This document shows, one piece after another, positions 1 through 12,887 of a DNA stretch of 64,000 nucleotides; position 1 is the stretch's first letter; every line of letters begins with the position of its first letter. Under the pieces are notes generated by a model. It was not told the origin of the DNA and searched no databases. It saw only the letters and a program-made list of their open reading frames with translations. The position numbers were made by a program, and so were the translations under genes. Origin of the DNA: Podarcis melisellensis (lineage: Eukaryota); the NCBI GenBank assembly GCA_964234715.1, contig OZ174278.1, one strand, 5' to 3'.

Positions 1-44
1 GTTAGCTATGGTAGCTAATAGAACATCCACTACTTCCTTAATGC

Positions 45-142
45 CAAGCTTGTGGACTTCCCAGAAGTATTTGGTTGGCCATGGTGGGAAACATGTTGCT
101 GAGCTAACAGGTCTATGATTTGATCTAACAGATCTCTACTTA
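45..142 (+). mobile_element. Degenerate CR1-type LINE 3' end
   Basis: Resembles the squamate CR1 3' motif (gggcttcccag..gcatctggttggccactgtg.gaa.caggatgctggactagatgg..tgatccagcag). Similar copies lie at ~52630-52790 and ~56841-56995. Confidence 0.4.
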
Positions 143-2791
143 TTTTCACCGTTGGTTAAATATTTAGGGTGAAATGTTTACAGACTTATTGAAAAAGACT
201 TACCTAATTCTACCATTGTTTGATGTCTTCAGCCTAGCATACTGTAGCTCAGTGTCAGAGTACATGTTTCTCATACAAAACGTCTTCATTGTATCTTCGG
301 TTACAAGAAACAAGTAGCTGTGTACATGCAAGAAGTCTGCCTGAGACTCTGGGAAACTGTTGCCATTCACAGTCCTGGATACATATGCTAACTTGGAATA
401 ACACAGCTTCCCGTGTACATCTGCTTTGACATTTTACATTCATCCCATGGTCTTCAGCCTACCCTTCTGTTGTTCTGTATAGTTCCTGAAAGCTATGCTC
501 CACTGAGACAGACAAACTTCTCAGTGACCCCCAGGGCAAGTGGCCAGCATTTCACATTTATTGTTGTAAGACACTGTGCTTTTTATACAGGCCTACTGAC
601 ACCTATTATTTGGTTTTGTCCCCATAGGTTATAGCTATGTTGGCATTGTATTCCAGATTTTACAGTGAGCATTTCTTTGTCATTTACAGCCCCTGAGTTG
701 GAAATATGTTCAGAGTTCTTGTGCTCCCTGCTTTCTTGAACTGGTGCTTGGTATTCACTTTGTTGGTTGCTACCAGTCCTCAGGAGAGCTCACATCCACC
801 AATTAGATCTAAACTGCAGGATTCTGGCCAGATTCTTTCCTAGCTGGACAGTAAAGTATTTGGTGAAGAAGTGATGATTATTTGAATGCAATTTCAGGGC
901 TTAACTCCCCTCCCCCTTCAATGTCACCTTCTTTCCTTACTATTGTGTTTATTCACTTGCCAGTCTTTTCATGTTAAAATATTTAAATAATATTAGGAAA
1001 ATGGATATTTGGGAGCCTTCCATGTGTTTTGAAAGTGTCACAAATTCTCATACCTATTCATTTACTCGTCTATAAAATTGCTGGTTTGGGCTTCTTTATT
1101 AATGCAAATAAAAAAAACCCATTCCTTTTATATGAATGTAGTAGACTGTTTGTGTGATATGCAGTCAATTCAATGCTATGAAGGACCTTTTCTCAGAAAA
1201 ACAGCACCTAAAAATACATGTATATATTTTATAACCAGTGAAGCAAATGACGTTTGCACTCTCTTTTCACATTATAATGTAGCAAGAAAGTTTTACTCAG
1301 AAGCTATATTGCATTGCTATTTGCCAGTAATGAGACTGTTATCTCCCTAGTCGGGAGAACCCGATGCAAAAGCAGGTGAATACAAGTCTACAGTTTCCAT
1401 TGATATGACCTGAGCACACGTACTGATAGTAACAAAGCATCATATGGCTTTAAATCATTTTAAAAATACGGGACATAGAAAGAGTGGGAACAACTTCTAA
1501 AGTAGATTGAAGATGTGATGTTCCATCCTCTACCACCTTTTTGGCTCCAACTCCTATTCAGACAGGCCTCTTTTATTAACTCCTTGGTTCACAGCAACCT
1601 TTTCTCGCTTTGAGATCCACCTCTCCATGACTACCTTGGGGGAGGGAGGTGATGTCTTCAAACTCTTTTGCTTTTCTCCACACTCTTTATATACTTACAC
1701 AATTTCAGATTTCATAGCTAGCTTTTCATTGCTCTGCAACACAACTTTAAAGCTAGAATCCTGTCCATGGCTGCTGTACCTCAACCCCTCACCCCCCTTC
1801 TGCATGCCTGCAGTCTTCCCTGTAATGGGGTGCACACATCACAATATCTTACAGCAGTAGTTGATATGGCCTGTAGAATACTTTTATATGGGTTTTTTTT
1901 AAAAAAACAAACAAACCTTTGTTTATAATTTTTCTATGATATAAATAACAAAAAAGAACATAATATAGCTAATAAGTTGCCCTCTCCCAGATTTATTGGT
2001 GATTTATTTATAATTTATTTGTATTTTGGCAATAATTCCTATAGACTTAGGGCTGTTTCAATGGCTGATGCTTCTGCTGTGTGCTGTTCAACAGAGATAT
2101 CGGTCACACCTACGAGATCAGAATCAGTAGCTGTAATTGATGTCTCTATTCTTCATCAGCAAGGAGCTGAAAATGTAGCAACCCCCAGCATTGTCCATGC
2201 TGCCAGTTGTGTACACATGTTGTCTGCAGTCCCTTCGGAATAATGAGCATATTGCAGTATGCTCATTATATGGCACTATTAATTGCTTGGGCCCTGGAAA
2301 TTCTGTCTCTCCCGTGAATGATATCAGTGGCCAGATGCAGACAAACTTTCTGAGAGAAACTGAGATGATTTTGTTAGGAACAAGATGCAGAAAGTATATC
2401 CTGAGGCCTTTGTGAAGGCAAGACAAAGGCAGCCTTTAGGAGAAAGAAGCAAAATTCTTCAGTGGATTCTGGTCCACTGAAGGTGTATTAAATTGGACAG
2501 GTTAGTGTAGGAAAAATGACAGGTACTGCTCACCTAATAGCTTAAATGTTTTTGGGAATAAGGATAAACTCAAGGATATGGTAAAGTGTTTCTCCAAATA
2601 ATGACTGAAAGCCCAATAGAGTCAATAACCCATTTCCTTTTATTTCAGGAGACATGCTACACTGTGAATAGCTTGTGTAAGTATCATTCTTTCTGTGTTC
2701 AGTGCTGTAGTGCCAGGTAGAAAATTTAGAAAGTATGGCATGCCTGCAGGTTTTATAGCCATTATATGTGTTGTGCACTGACAGTAGAAGG

Positions 2792-2928
2792 CAGGCATAG
2801 GCAAATTTGGCCCTTCAGATGTTTTTGAGACTACAACTCCCATCATCCCTAGCTAACAGGACTAGTGGTCAGGGATGATGGGAGTTGTAGTCCCAAAACA
2901 TCTGGAGGGCCGAGTTTCCCTATGCCTG
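2792..2928. mobile_element. hAT-family MITE (~136 bp, near-palindromic)
   Basis: Termini CAGGCATAGGCAAA...TTTCCCTATGCCTG. Imperfect 8-bp TSD gtagaagg/gtataaag. Confidence 0.85.
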
Positions 2929-3462
2929 GTATAAAGCATCATTTTCAGGTACAAAGAAAACTGGTGCAGGTTCTGGGAGTACTGTGTTGAAAATCATCAA
3001 ACTATAGGGAATTCCAGATGAATCTTGTGAATGTCCAACAATACAATGACAACTTATGACAGTCATCAAAATGAAATTGTCAGTCTTTACCAGCACATTC
3101 CTCTAACAAGTTGGGGAAAATGCATTTATTATGGAGTAGTCCTAAAACTAAGACAATATGCCTAAATTATCCATATTTTGAACAAGCCCTGTTTCAGGCA
3201 TATGATAACAGAATGAAAAACAAAAACAAAAAGACAAGGGGTGAAGACCAATACCACACCAGTGGACATGACAGGACTTTCTCCTTCATCTTCTCCCACC
3301 ACATCCTCTGATCCTCTGAGGCAGATTTTGGAAGCTTGTGAGTAGTGGCGGGGGGGGGGAGGGGGAGAAAGAGAAGAAGGTTCTCAGATGTATTTCCTGA
3401 TATGTGGATGCCCTTCCTGTGAGGTATGTCAATGTCCATCATAACTGACTTTCATATAACTT

Positions 3463-3486
3463 ACACACACACACACACACACACAC
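3463..3486. repeat. (CA)n microsatellite
   Basis: Directly visible. Confidence 0.95.
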
Positions 3487-3489
3487 CAG

Positions 3490-3990
3490 ACATAACAACC
3501 TTTAAATTACCAACTGTAAGATATACAATTGCCTTAATGGTAGATGAGGGCGCAGACTTGGCATGTATAACTGAGACTTGGGCAGATGGACCGGATGGCT
3601 CTACATTTGCCCAGCTGTGCACACCTGGATACATGGTGCAGCATATTCCAATCAGAAGGGTAGGTGATTTGCAGTTTTCTTCACCAGGAGACCAATCCAC
3701 ATGGTGTCTGGGTTTGATAAATAGTTTGTGGTTTTGAGACAGAAAGGCAGAATAAGGATGTTGCTGGTATGCCTTCCACCCTGCTCTTTGCAACCTCCCT
3801 GACCAAGCTGGCGGAAGTTGTCTTAGATGTGGTTGGAGAACTCTCACACAGTGGTGCTGGTGGACTTCAGTATCCAGCTGATGCTGCCTCAAATGAGGCT
3901 GCCTCAGTAAATCAGTGACCCAACACATGTAGCTGAGCATCCCTTGGCCTGGTCTTTGTCTCACAACAGTTTAGCACTATTCCATTGATT
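3490..3990 (+). mobile_element. Decayed L2-like LINE, endonuclease region
   Basis: Translation ALMVDEGADLACITETW...LCTPGYMVQH matches the APE N-terminal motif (D-x-x-C-I-T-E-T-W). Frame is broken downstream. Confidence 0.55.
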
Positions 3991-5006
3991 GGAGGGCTCA
4001 CTGTGAGTACATTGTTGCAGATGGACCCTTTCCTGGTGAGATTTGGGCTAAACGTTGCTGCTCCGCTCTGCAAGGGTGTGGGACCAATGTAGTTCAGATG
4101 TAAAAGCAGTCTTTGGGAAGGAATCAGAGCACATGGGGGGTAGGATATAGATGGAATGAGAGCAGGTAGCATATGAACCTTGTTTCTTCAAGATCAAACC
4201 ATGTCTTAACCTTACATCTGAACCTAACCACAGACTGTTACCACTTTCATTTTAGATAATAAATTCATGTTAATAGTTGACTCTATAGTTTTAAATGTTC
4301 ATGAAATAGTTGCCAGGTCAGTTTGGTAGCTACAGGGGCCTTTTAAGTATTCAATAATTGAATCTTTGTAATGATGACTAAAAGACTCATGACACATACA
4401 GGGCCCGACTCGTGTCCTTGGGAATTCTAGATAAAAAGAGCAAAGCTTCCTGCCTGATGCCACAGAAAATCAGGAGTTATTTTCATACAACAAGCAAACA
4501 CAACTAAGCTGTCATCTTCAAACATTTTGAATGAATGTTGATGAGCCAAATTGAGTAATCATCGAAAATGCAATGCTTTCTCACAATTAAAAATACAATT
4601 GAGTAAGCACCAACATTGATTAGAACAGTGAGCAAGACCATTACAATGATGTACCACGGCGTAGCAAAGATGCAAAATATCAACAAAAGACTAGTGTTAG
4701 CATGGCCTTTTCTGTTTTAAAAGCATCTCAGAGTACATATTTAAAAGAGTTAAATCTTTTCCATTTACTTTAAATCTTGTAGGGGCACTCTTGGAAAATT
4801 CATTTTCCTATACCATACAGAAAGTTTCTTGAAATAGCTTTGTTCCAGTGTAACTTATATTGTTAGGGAGTTTAGGAAAGATTTGCTTTTGAAACTGAAG
4901 TTTGTGAAGATTATTTGTCCACAGATATCAATACCAACAAGCAGTTACTGGGATAGCAAAGGGTGAAACTTTCCTACAATTTAATATTCTGTCCAATGTA
5001 GCTCAA

Positions 5007-5317
5007 GGTAAAGGTAAAGGTACCCCCGTCCGTACGGACCAGTCGTGTCCGACTCTGGGGTTGCGTGCTCATCTCGCTCTAGAGGCCGTGAGCCGGCGCT
5101 GTCCGAAGACACTTCCGGGTCACGTGGCCAGCGTGACGAAGCTGCAGCTGGCGAGCCAGCACCAGCGCAGCACACGGAAATGCCGTTTACCTTCCCGCTA
5201 TAAAGCGGTCCCTATTTATCTACTTGCACTTAAGAGTGCTTTCGAACTGCTAGGTGGGCAGGAGCTGGGACCGAATGATGGGAACTCACCCCGCCACAGA
5301 GATTCGAACCGCTGACC
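5007..5317 (-). mobile_element. Sauria SINE, 5'-truncated within the tRNA-derived head
   Basis: (AAAGGT)n on + equals an (ACCTTT)n tail. Bov-B-like 3' part (agtcgtgtccgactct). Box-B-like GGTTCGAATC on the minus strand. TSD agctcaa at 5000-5006 and 5318-5324. Confidence 0.9.
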
Positions 5318-6999
5318 AGCTCAAACAACATCTAAATTGTGTTAATCATTATAATTGAGGCTAGTAGCAATAACAACAATAATAGTTTCTATATTTCTTA
5401 GATACTATGGTGTAGCTTCCAGGCTTCTATTGGTGATGGTGATGACAACAGTCTAAATTCTAATCAGAATACAATCATAAGCTGTACTCCAAAGCCTCAA
5501 GGCCTTCTTCTCACTAGGATATATACTGCAAAACTCTCTCTCTTTGTGTGTGTGTGCACATGTGTGCTTAGAAAACAATCAGGGAAGTTATTATCTAATT
5601 AGAATAAGACCCAATAAGTGGATTAATAAAACAACTCCGGACAGGAACACTATAAATTAGCATGAGAGGAATCAGCCTCAGGAGAGATAGGGCAGTGTGA
5701 TGAACAATGTGTCTGTTTTGCACTTCCATTGTCAACTTGCTTTCTAAAGCAGAATCATCAGTATAGTTCCAAAACCACAGATTCTCCGTGCAGCTAACAG
5801 TGTTATTCAGATACAAGTTTCTTAACATTTTTATTCTGTTCTTGTTTAATGATACACCTTTTAATTTAGGAACAAAAAATGACCAACATTACGATGAAGT
5901 TCAAAGACATTCAGAAAAGCATGCCTACTGATTAGCAATCGTTAGTAAACTCCAAATATTGTTGCTTTCATCCATGCTGCACTTAAAAACACAAAAACAG
6001 TTTTGTATATGTAAATGTGACTAACTTATGTTTCATTGATTTCAGAAGAATCAGCATGACTTAGGCTACAATCCTAGCCCTACTTAGCTCAGATTATACC
6101 CCACTGATTCAAAAGAACTTTCTTCTGAGTATACATGGCTAGTTCCTTCCAGCTGAAGGAAAAGGACACTTTTAAGACCATTTACTTTAATGATGAGCTA
6201 CAGTGTTATCATGAGCACATTTCAAAGGGTTTTCCCACTGATTACAGCAACAGTGGCAACAAACTCCAGTTTAAATGCAGCTGGGAGACCAGAGTGCAGC
6301 ATTCACCCTGAGTCTGTGTTAGTGTCACTGTTTCTGGCTATACTCTTATCAGAAAATGCCAGCTTTCCAGCCTGGAGTCTGTATAATTTATCAGTGCTGC
6401 AAGAAGACCATACTTTATAACTTTGGACTGACTCACATTGCCAACAGCAATCATGTGCATAGGGTGTGTGAACCACATCCTTGTGTCCGCCACACACCTG
6501 CTGATTGCATGGAGGCAATCTGGTATGGATCAAACACACTGGATTCTCATATGTATATATCAAAGGTCACAGTTAAATTGCAAGTCCAGACTGATACATG
6601 TGAACATTAGTCAGGTTGTAAACAGAAAAAGTCATATTAGCTTATAGCATCATCATTCATACACCCACAACAAAGTAATCACTTTGATAATATAAGCCCT
6701 GATCCCCGCACCCACCCTCAAATACCAGTCAGCAATCTATTTTGTCTCAAATAATCCTGGCTAGCTTCTGTGTTTTGTTTTAGGTTGGCTTTGTTTTATT
6801 TTTGTCTTCCCCTACATCATGACAGCTTGGCCACTTAGTCAAGCCATCTGGATTCTTATACTAAATCATTACTGGAATCATGCAGAAACCCAGCTTGGGG
6901 ATCCTTGTTTGCTTTTTGCTTTTTGTGGCAGACAATGTTGTGAATTACACAGAAGGGAGAACAATAATATGTGATGAGGATGTGAGTCAGAGCATGGAG

Positions 7000-7135
7000 C
7001 AGGCTTCCTCAACCTCGGCCCTCCAGATTTTTTGAGAATATAGTTCCCATCATCCCTGACCACTGGTCCTGCTAGCTAGGGATCATGGGAGTTGTAGGCC
7101 AAAAACATCTGGAGGGCCGAGGTTGAGGAAGCCTG
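7000..7135. mobile_element. hAT-family MITE (variant termini)
   Basis: TIR CAGGCTTCCTCAACCTCGGCCCTCCAGAT. Perfect 8-bp TSD gcatggag at 6992-6999 and 7136-7143. Confidence 0.9.
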
Positions 7136-7581
7136 GCATGGAGGATCAAGGCAGAAAGAATAACATATTAACTTCAGGTCATGCTCTTAAATGTTCATAA
7201 TTCATGTCACAATGCATTTTATCACTCATATGGCTGCATGGGCCTCCAGGTCCTCTTGGTAGTGTCTCCATAAAGAACAAGGACCTGAGAGATAGGAGCA
7301 CCAGTGACCATCTGAGGATTCTTCTGTTTCTCATATTTGATTGATTCCTGCAGTTGAGGTTAGAGGTGATCTCCACTGATTATTCAACTTTCAACTATCT
7401 CTAATACCTGTGGTACATCACCACTTGGAACATCTAGGAATGGCTCTCCCTGCCCTCAGTTGCTGATGTCACTCCTCAGGTTGTAATAAGCATGTCACTT
7501 AATATTGCCATATAAATAGCATAATAAAGAAAAATCCTAAAACCTGTTACGTGAACATTTCAAGTAGCATAAACTACAATA

Positions 7582-7608
7582 AAGGTAAAGGGTAAAGGTA
7601 CCCCTGCC
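7582..7608 (-). mobile_element. Extreme 3'-tail-only Sauria SINE insertion (~27 bp)
   Basis: aaggtaaagggtaaaggtacccctgcc matches the tail of the SINE at 5007. Flanked by a 14-bp TSD, cataaactacaata / cataaattacaata. Confidence 0.75.
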
Positions 7609-9228
7609 CATAAATTACAATACACAAATATAATTAAAGCCCAGGAAAACAGTCAGGAAAACAAAAAGGTTCTACAATGGCAAGCATTAAGCAACCAACC
7701 AAGTCCACAGTGAACAAAGAATTTTCTAAAATGCTAAAATTGTATCAAAATCTGCACATGCATTAATTGGAACTCTAATGTGACAAACTTGGCATTTTGG
7801 CTTCCTCAACTTTCTCCAGTCTCTATTGTCCAGGGATTCTGTTCCTCATCTCATTAGTCACTGAACCACAGTTCTAGTTGTACACACACTGAAGCTCCAT
7901 CTCTTCTTATGACTGCAATTGTACTGTACTTTTGTTAAGTTACTCACTGCCAGTTATTGCATAATATTACTTGTCTTTGGCTTGTCCCATCCTTCCATGA
8001 CTCAAAGCTATTTCTCTCCATTTTCTCAATCGCTGGTGAGATTCTGGATGAAAAGAGAGCTTTTCTCACTTTAATTGAAAACTTTGACACAAATTAACCT
8101 TGAATTTTCTCCAATATGTGTCCCCTCCCCCCTTGAAAAGAGAGCATGGTTGAAGTAATTTACAGTTTCTTTTCACACTTCCAATGATATTATCTTGTTT
8201 TGCAATTGTCACAATACCTTTTAGGATTATCATGATTTACTTATTGCTTGTGGGTCAGTCTACATAGTTTCTTTTTATGACTAGGTTGTTTTTTGTATTT
8301 TACGAAAATCATTTTTTAAAAAACCTCAGACGTTTGTGTGGCATATTTTAAAGAACATGTACTGGAACTATTGATACTGCAATCCTGTACATAGTGGGTA
8401 ATGGTGCCTTCCAGATGTTTTGTGCTCTAGCTCCCATTACCCCCCAGCCAGCATGGTCGAAGGGATGATGAGAAGTAGTAGTTCACAATATCCAGAGAGT
8501 ACCACCTTGGCTGCCTCTACTATGCATACTAACCTGAAAGGAAACTCCACTGGAATCAATGGGACAACTGAATAGACATCTAGAGGATTTCTGAGAGAAG
8601 GTTGCTTTAAATTATGTTGCATGGAAATGAATTTGGATGTGGCTGTATGCATACTTTCCTGTAAATCTTATTTATAAATGGAATGTACTTCTGTGTTAAA
8701 ATGCATATGATTTGGATGCACACCATGCACCTGATCCTATTCATATTTACTAAAATAAATTCCACTGTGTTCAGGAAGGTTTACAGGAAAAAAGAGCTTC
8801 CTGGCTGATCACTATGATGCTGCTCTTTAAAGTTTAATGTTGAAAGCAAACAACTTGCAAAGCATAATGAGTTTGGCATTCTTAAGCCTCATATGAAACG
8901 TTGCTGCTGCTGCTGCTGCAACAACAACTGAAACCACGATAAGTGACAAGGAATGTAAAATGGGTTGAACTCAGGCCATATTTTATATAAGCAAACATCT
9001 GCAAAAGGAATTAATTGTGTGGGCAACTATGGACAAGTCTACTCTGCCAACTGGGTCATGACCACTTTACCTGGACCACACAACTAAGGTACACAGGGAA
9101 GCCCTTGGTCTGAGCCACACAGCTCCAGTCAGATGAGGCTCATTAGCCTCAAGGATGTTCCATATCCAGGAAAGAGCTCCATGGCTCCTACCAGCAGGCC
9201 TCTGGAGATGCCTATCACTTTTAAAGGT

Positions 9229-9512
9229 GAAGAAGAAGAAGAAGAAGAAGAAGAAGAAGAAGAAGAAGAAGAGAAGGAGGAGTAGTAGTTTGGCTTTATC
9301 ACTACCCGAAGGAGTCTCAAAGAGGCTAACATTCTCCTTTCCCTTCCTCCCTCACAACAAACACTTTGTGAGGTGAGTGGGGCTGAGAGAGTTCAGAGAA
9401 GTATGACTGGCCCAAGGTCACCCAGCAGCTGCATGTGGAGGAGCGGAGACGCGAACCCGGTTCCCCAGATTATGAGTCTACCACTCTTAACCACTACACC
9501 ACACTGGTTCTC
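9229..9512 (-). mobile_element. tRNA-derived Squam3-like SINE with (CTT)n tail
   Basis: Minus strand has box A TGGTGTAGTGG, box-B-like GGTTCGCGTC and CORE-like gctgggtgaccttgggccagtca. (GAA)n run at 9229-9272. Second copy at 56602. Confidence 0.8.
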
Positions 9513-9744
9513 CTACACCACACTGGCTGTTCATCAGTATACCTAATATCCCTTTCATTCACATACCTTCCTGTCAAATGTGATCAACTAGAATATTTAA
9601 AGATGCTGGCCCACTAGACCAGTGTGGTTCAACTTTTCATACCAAGTTGGCTGCAAGAGTACTTCAACAGAGAATCTGCAGGCCACACAATGGCTTGTTG
9701 CTTGGGGAGGGGGGGGGAGTGAGCCCAAAATTTGTCTCACCCCC

Positions 9745-10190
9745 CCAACCCTTCGTTGGACTGGTCATGTTGTTTGGATGCATGATTATCATCTTCCAAA
9801 GCAAATACTCTATTCCAAACTTAAAACTGGAAAGCTTAATGCTGATGGTGAACAAAAGAGATTTAAAGACTGTCTCAAGGCAAATCTAAAAATATATAGT
9901 ATAAACACCGACAATTGGGAAACAATGGCCTGTGAGCGCCCCAATTGGAGAAAAGCCTATACCAAAGGTGTCATGGACTTTGAAGATGCTCGAACTCAGG
10001 ATGAAAGGGAGAAACATGTTAAGAGGAAAGCACGCTTGGCAAACCCTCACCATGATCAACTCCCACCCAGAAACCAATGTTCCTACTGTGGAGACGTGTG
10101 GATCCAGAATTCACTTATGGACTCATTGTTAAGTCTGTGTTCATGGAAGACAATCTTCCTCAGCTACGAGTGATCGCCAAAAAAGAAGAT
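9745..10190 (+). mobile_element. RTE-clade LINE 3' fragment (non-BovB)
   Basis: Translation LRWTGHVVWM..HLPKQILYSKL..GKLN..GEQKRFKDCLKANLK..WETMACERPNWR..CSYCG is typical of an RTE ORF C-terminus. Short A/GAA tail follows. Confidence 0.85.
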
Positions 10191-10357
10191 ACAGAACAAT
10201 GCATAAATATATTTGTTAAGAAGATGCAGGAAAAACACTGAATTATGACCATATGCACAAATGGTTAAGAACATCTAGTTCATAAATCTAACGCAATTCA
10301 GTTTTATTGAAATGGACTTACAGCACAATCCTTATCAAGTTTACTAAGAAGTAACTC

Positions 10358-10923
10358 ACTGCGGATGGTGACAGCAGTCACAAAATTAAAAGACGCCTGC
10401 TTCTTGGGAGAAAGGCGATGACAAACCTAGACAGCACCTTAAAAAGCAGAGACATCACCTTGCCAACAAAGGTCTGTATAGTTAAAGCTATGGTTTTCCC
10501 AGTAGTGATGTATGGAAGTGAGAGCTGGACCATAAAGAAGGTCGCTGAAGAATTGATGCTTTTGAATTGGTGCTGTAGGAGACTCTTGAGAGTCCCATGG
10601 ACTGCAAGAAGATCAAACCTCTCCATTCTTAAGGAAATCAGCCCTGAGTGCTCACTTGAAAGACAGATCATGAAGCTGAGACTCCAGTACTTGGCCACCT
10701 CATGAGAAGAGAAGACTCCCTGGAAAAGACCCTGATGTTGGGAAAGATTGAGGGCACAAGGAGAAGGGGGCGACAGAGGACGAGATGGTTGGACAGTGTT
10801 CTTGAAGCTACAAACATGAGTCTGACCAAACAGCGGGAGGCAGTGGACGGCAGAAGGGCCTGGCGTGCTCTGGTCCATGGGGTCACGAAGAGTCGGACAC
10901 GACTAAACGACTAAACAACAACA
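10358..10923 (+). mobile_element. Bov-B (RTE) LINE 3' fragment
   Basis: MTNLDSTLKSRDITLPTKVCIVKAMVFPVVMYGSESWTIKK and LEKTLMLGKIEG..RRGRQRTRWLD. Ends gagtcggacacgactaaacgactaaac(aac)n. Frameshifted. Confidence 0.95.
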
Positions 10924-11406
10924 AACTCCTATTGAAAGGTTAGGATTGCAGCATAAGCTTCACCCTCATTCCCAAATTAATTGTGGATACAATTCACACC
11001 TGAGTTTGAGAAAGAAGGTTTTTTATTTTCATTTGCAAGCCATAGAGAACAGCAGGAGGCATATTTCAGTATTCAACCAGTCTGTACTCGAAATAAAATC
11101 AGGATGTAGTGGGAACAGAGTTTGGCCCCTTCAGAATTATTCACTGAACCTTGATTAGCATAGGTCTATTTGAAATTCATAAAAGCCCAACAACTGTTTA
11201 ACTGCAGTACTCCATGTGATGGTAAGATGTTAAAAAGGTTGGCCATCTGGGTTTAAAATGTGCCATTTATTCCTGCATCTGCTTTAATTTCTAAAATTCC
11301 CTCTAAATATTGAATTAGAAGTAGTGATATGATGCTGTCCATCAAAATAGTGGCTACAAAAGAAACATGACTTGACTTTCTTTACTTGTACAAAAATGTA
11401 GCATGG

Positions 11407-11408
<2 letters not shown>

Positions 11409-11456
<48 letters not shown>
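11409..11456. repeat. (AT)n microsatellite
   Basis: Directly visible. Confidence 0.95.
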
Positions 11457-11459
<3 letters not shown>

Positions 11460-12887
11460 GGTTTTGGTGTCCTCGGGTGTCACCAATATATATATATATA
11501 CTGCAAGAAAATGTTGCAGTGCATCCCCAGCCCCCAACAGAAGGAATGCTGCAGAAGAGAAGAGTTCAGGGCTTCAGTTAGGGGAAGTTTTTAGGAAGAG
11601 GAAAAAGGATTCCTTTAAAAGAAGAAGTGTTGTTGAATACATTGTTATTCCGCATTTTAGATAATTTCTCAGGTGGAGAAAAATAATACAAAATAAAACA
11701 AACATATAATAAAATTTATAGCTAAAATAATATATATATATATTTAAAAGCCTCCTTTTCTACCAAAGTTGTTCCATGTAACACTATATATATGGCCCTA
11801 AGGAGGCTTGAGTTCTGGACTGGTATAGCTTTTATTGGTATATATTGAAGGAGAAAGCTTACTGGAGAGAGGGAAAGGGAAAGTGTGTCCTTTACAATTC
11901 TGAAACCCATGTAATGGGTATGGAAAGGAAATGTTTAGCCTCATGTCCTGACCCTAATTCCCACCTCCTGGAGAGTATAAATTGCTAGGAGCTTAGGGTG
12001 CAATCCTAACCCCACATACCCGTGCCATATTTATTTCAGTAGTTCCTATGGTTAAGAGGAGTCAAGCAGTCAAATTCCTTTCCTCTCCCTTTCCCTGCCA
12101 AATGAGATCCCCAACACTCATTAACTCCCGTAGACCATGGAACATGCTCCCCATCAGATTACCCCTCCCCTTGTAATTTAGAAGGTATTATGCATCCTTG
12201 GGGGAGCCTGAAAGTTTGCTGAAAACATAGTCTGATGATGGGCCCATTTTTATGCTCCCAAACAGTAGGTATGGGACCATCTAGGATCAATAAGTGCATC
12301 TATATTAGTGAGCCATAGTCCTTTTGTTATTTTTATGACGTGTTCTATGGTATAGATGATGTCTAATTACTTATCTGTATGTAATTGTATTTTAGTTTGG
12401 AAAACCAGAAGTAAGTAGACCATTTGGTAGATTAAATTAGCATCAGCCCAGGAAACCAAGTCAGGACAATCTTCCATTTTCTCCTTGCACAACTCAATTC
12501 ATTAGAAATAACCAACTGCATAGCTACAGACCTAGAAACATGTCTTGTGGGGTGTCACTATACTAAAATAATAATTGGTTTTGGTAATGGCAAGCATATA
12601 ATAACAGGCATAATAAGTGCAGGTTTTTTATTTTTAAAGAAAAGGTCCTGCAACTAAGGCAGCTGTTGTTTCTTTGTCAGTGGTATTGATTTTAGATTTT
12701 CTGCTACTTGAGTCTTTTTATTTCCTTCTTTCTGCTATTGAAAAAAAAATGCTCTGTGGGTATGGTAAATGTGCTAGCATTAATGTTCACATCAAGGACC
12801 TTTCCAGTGGTGGGGGAAAAAACCCCACCTACACACTTCTCTAGGCTCTATACTTGTGTAACTGTGATTCAGCAGGTTGATACTGCT

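Noticed and set aside
9420-9512. tRNA gene
   Set aside because: The box A/B region is the head of a SINE with a body and tail, and a second copy is present in the window.
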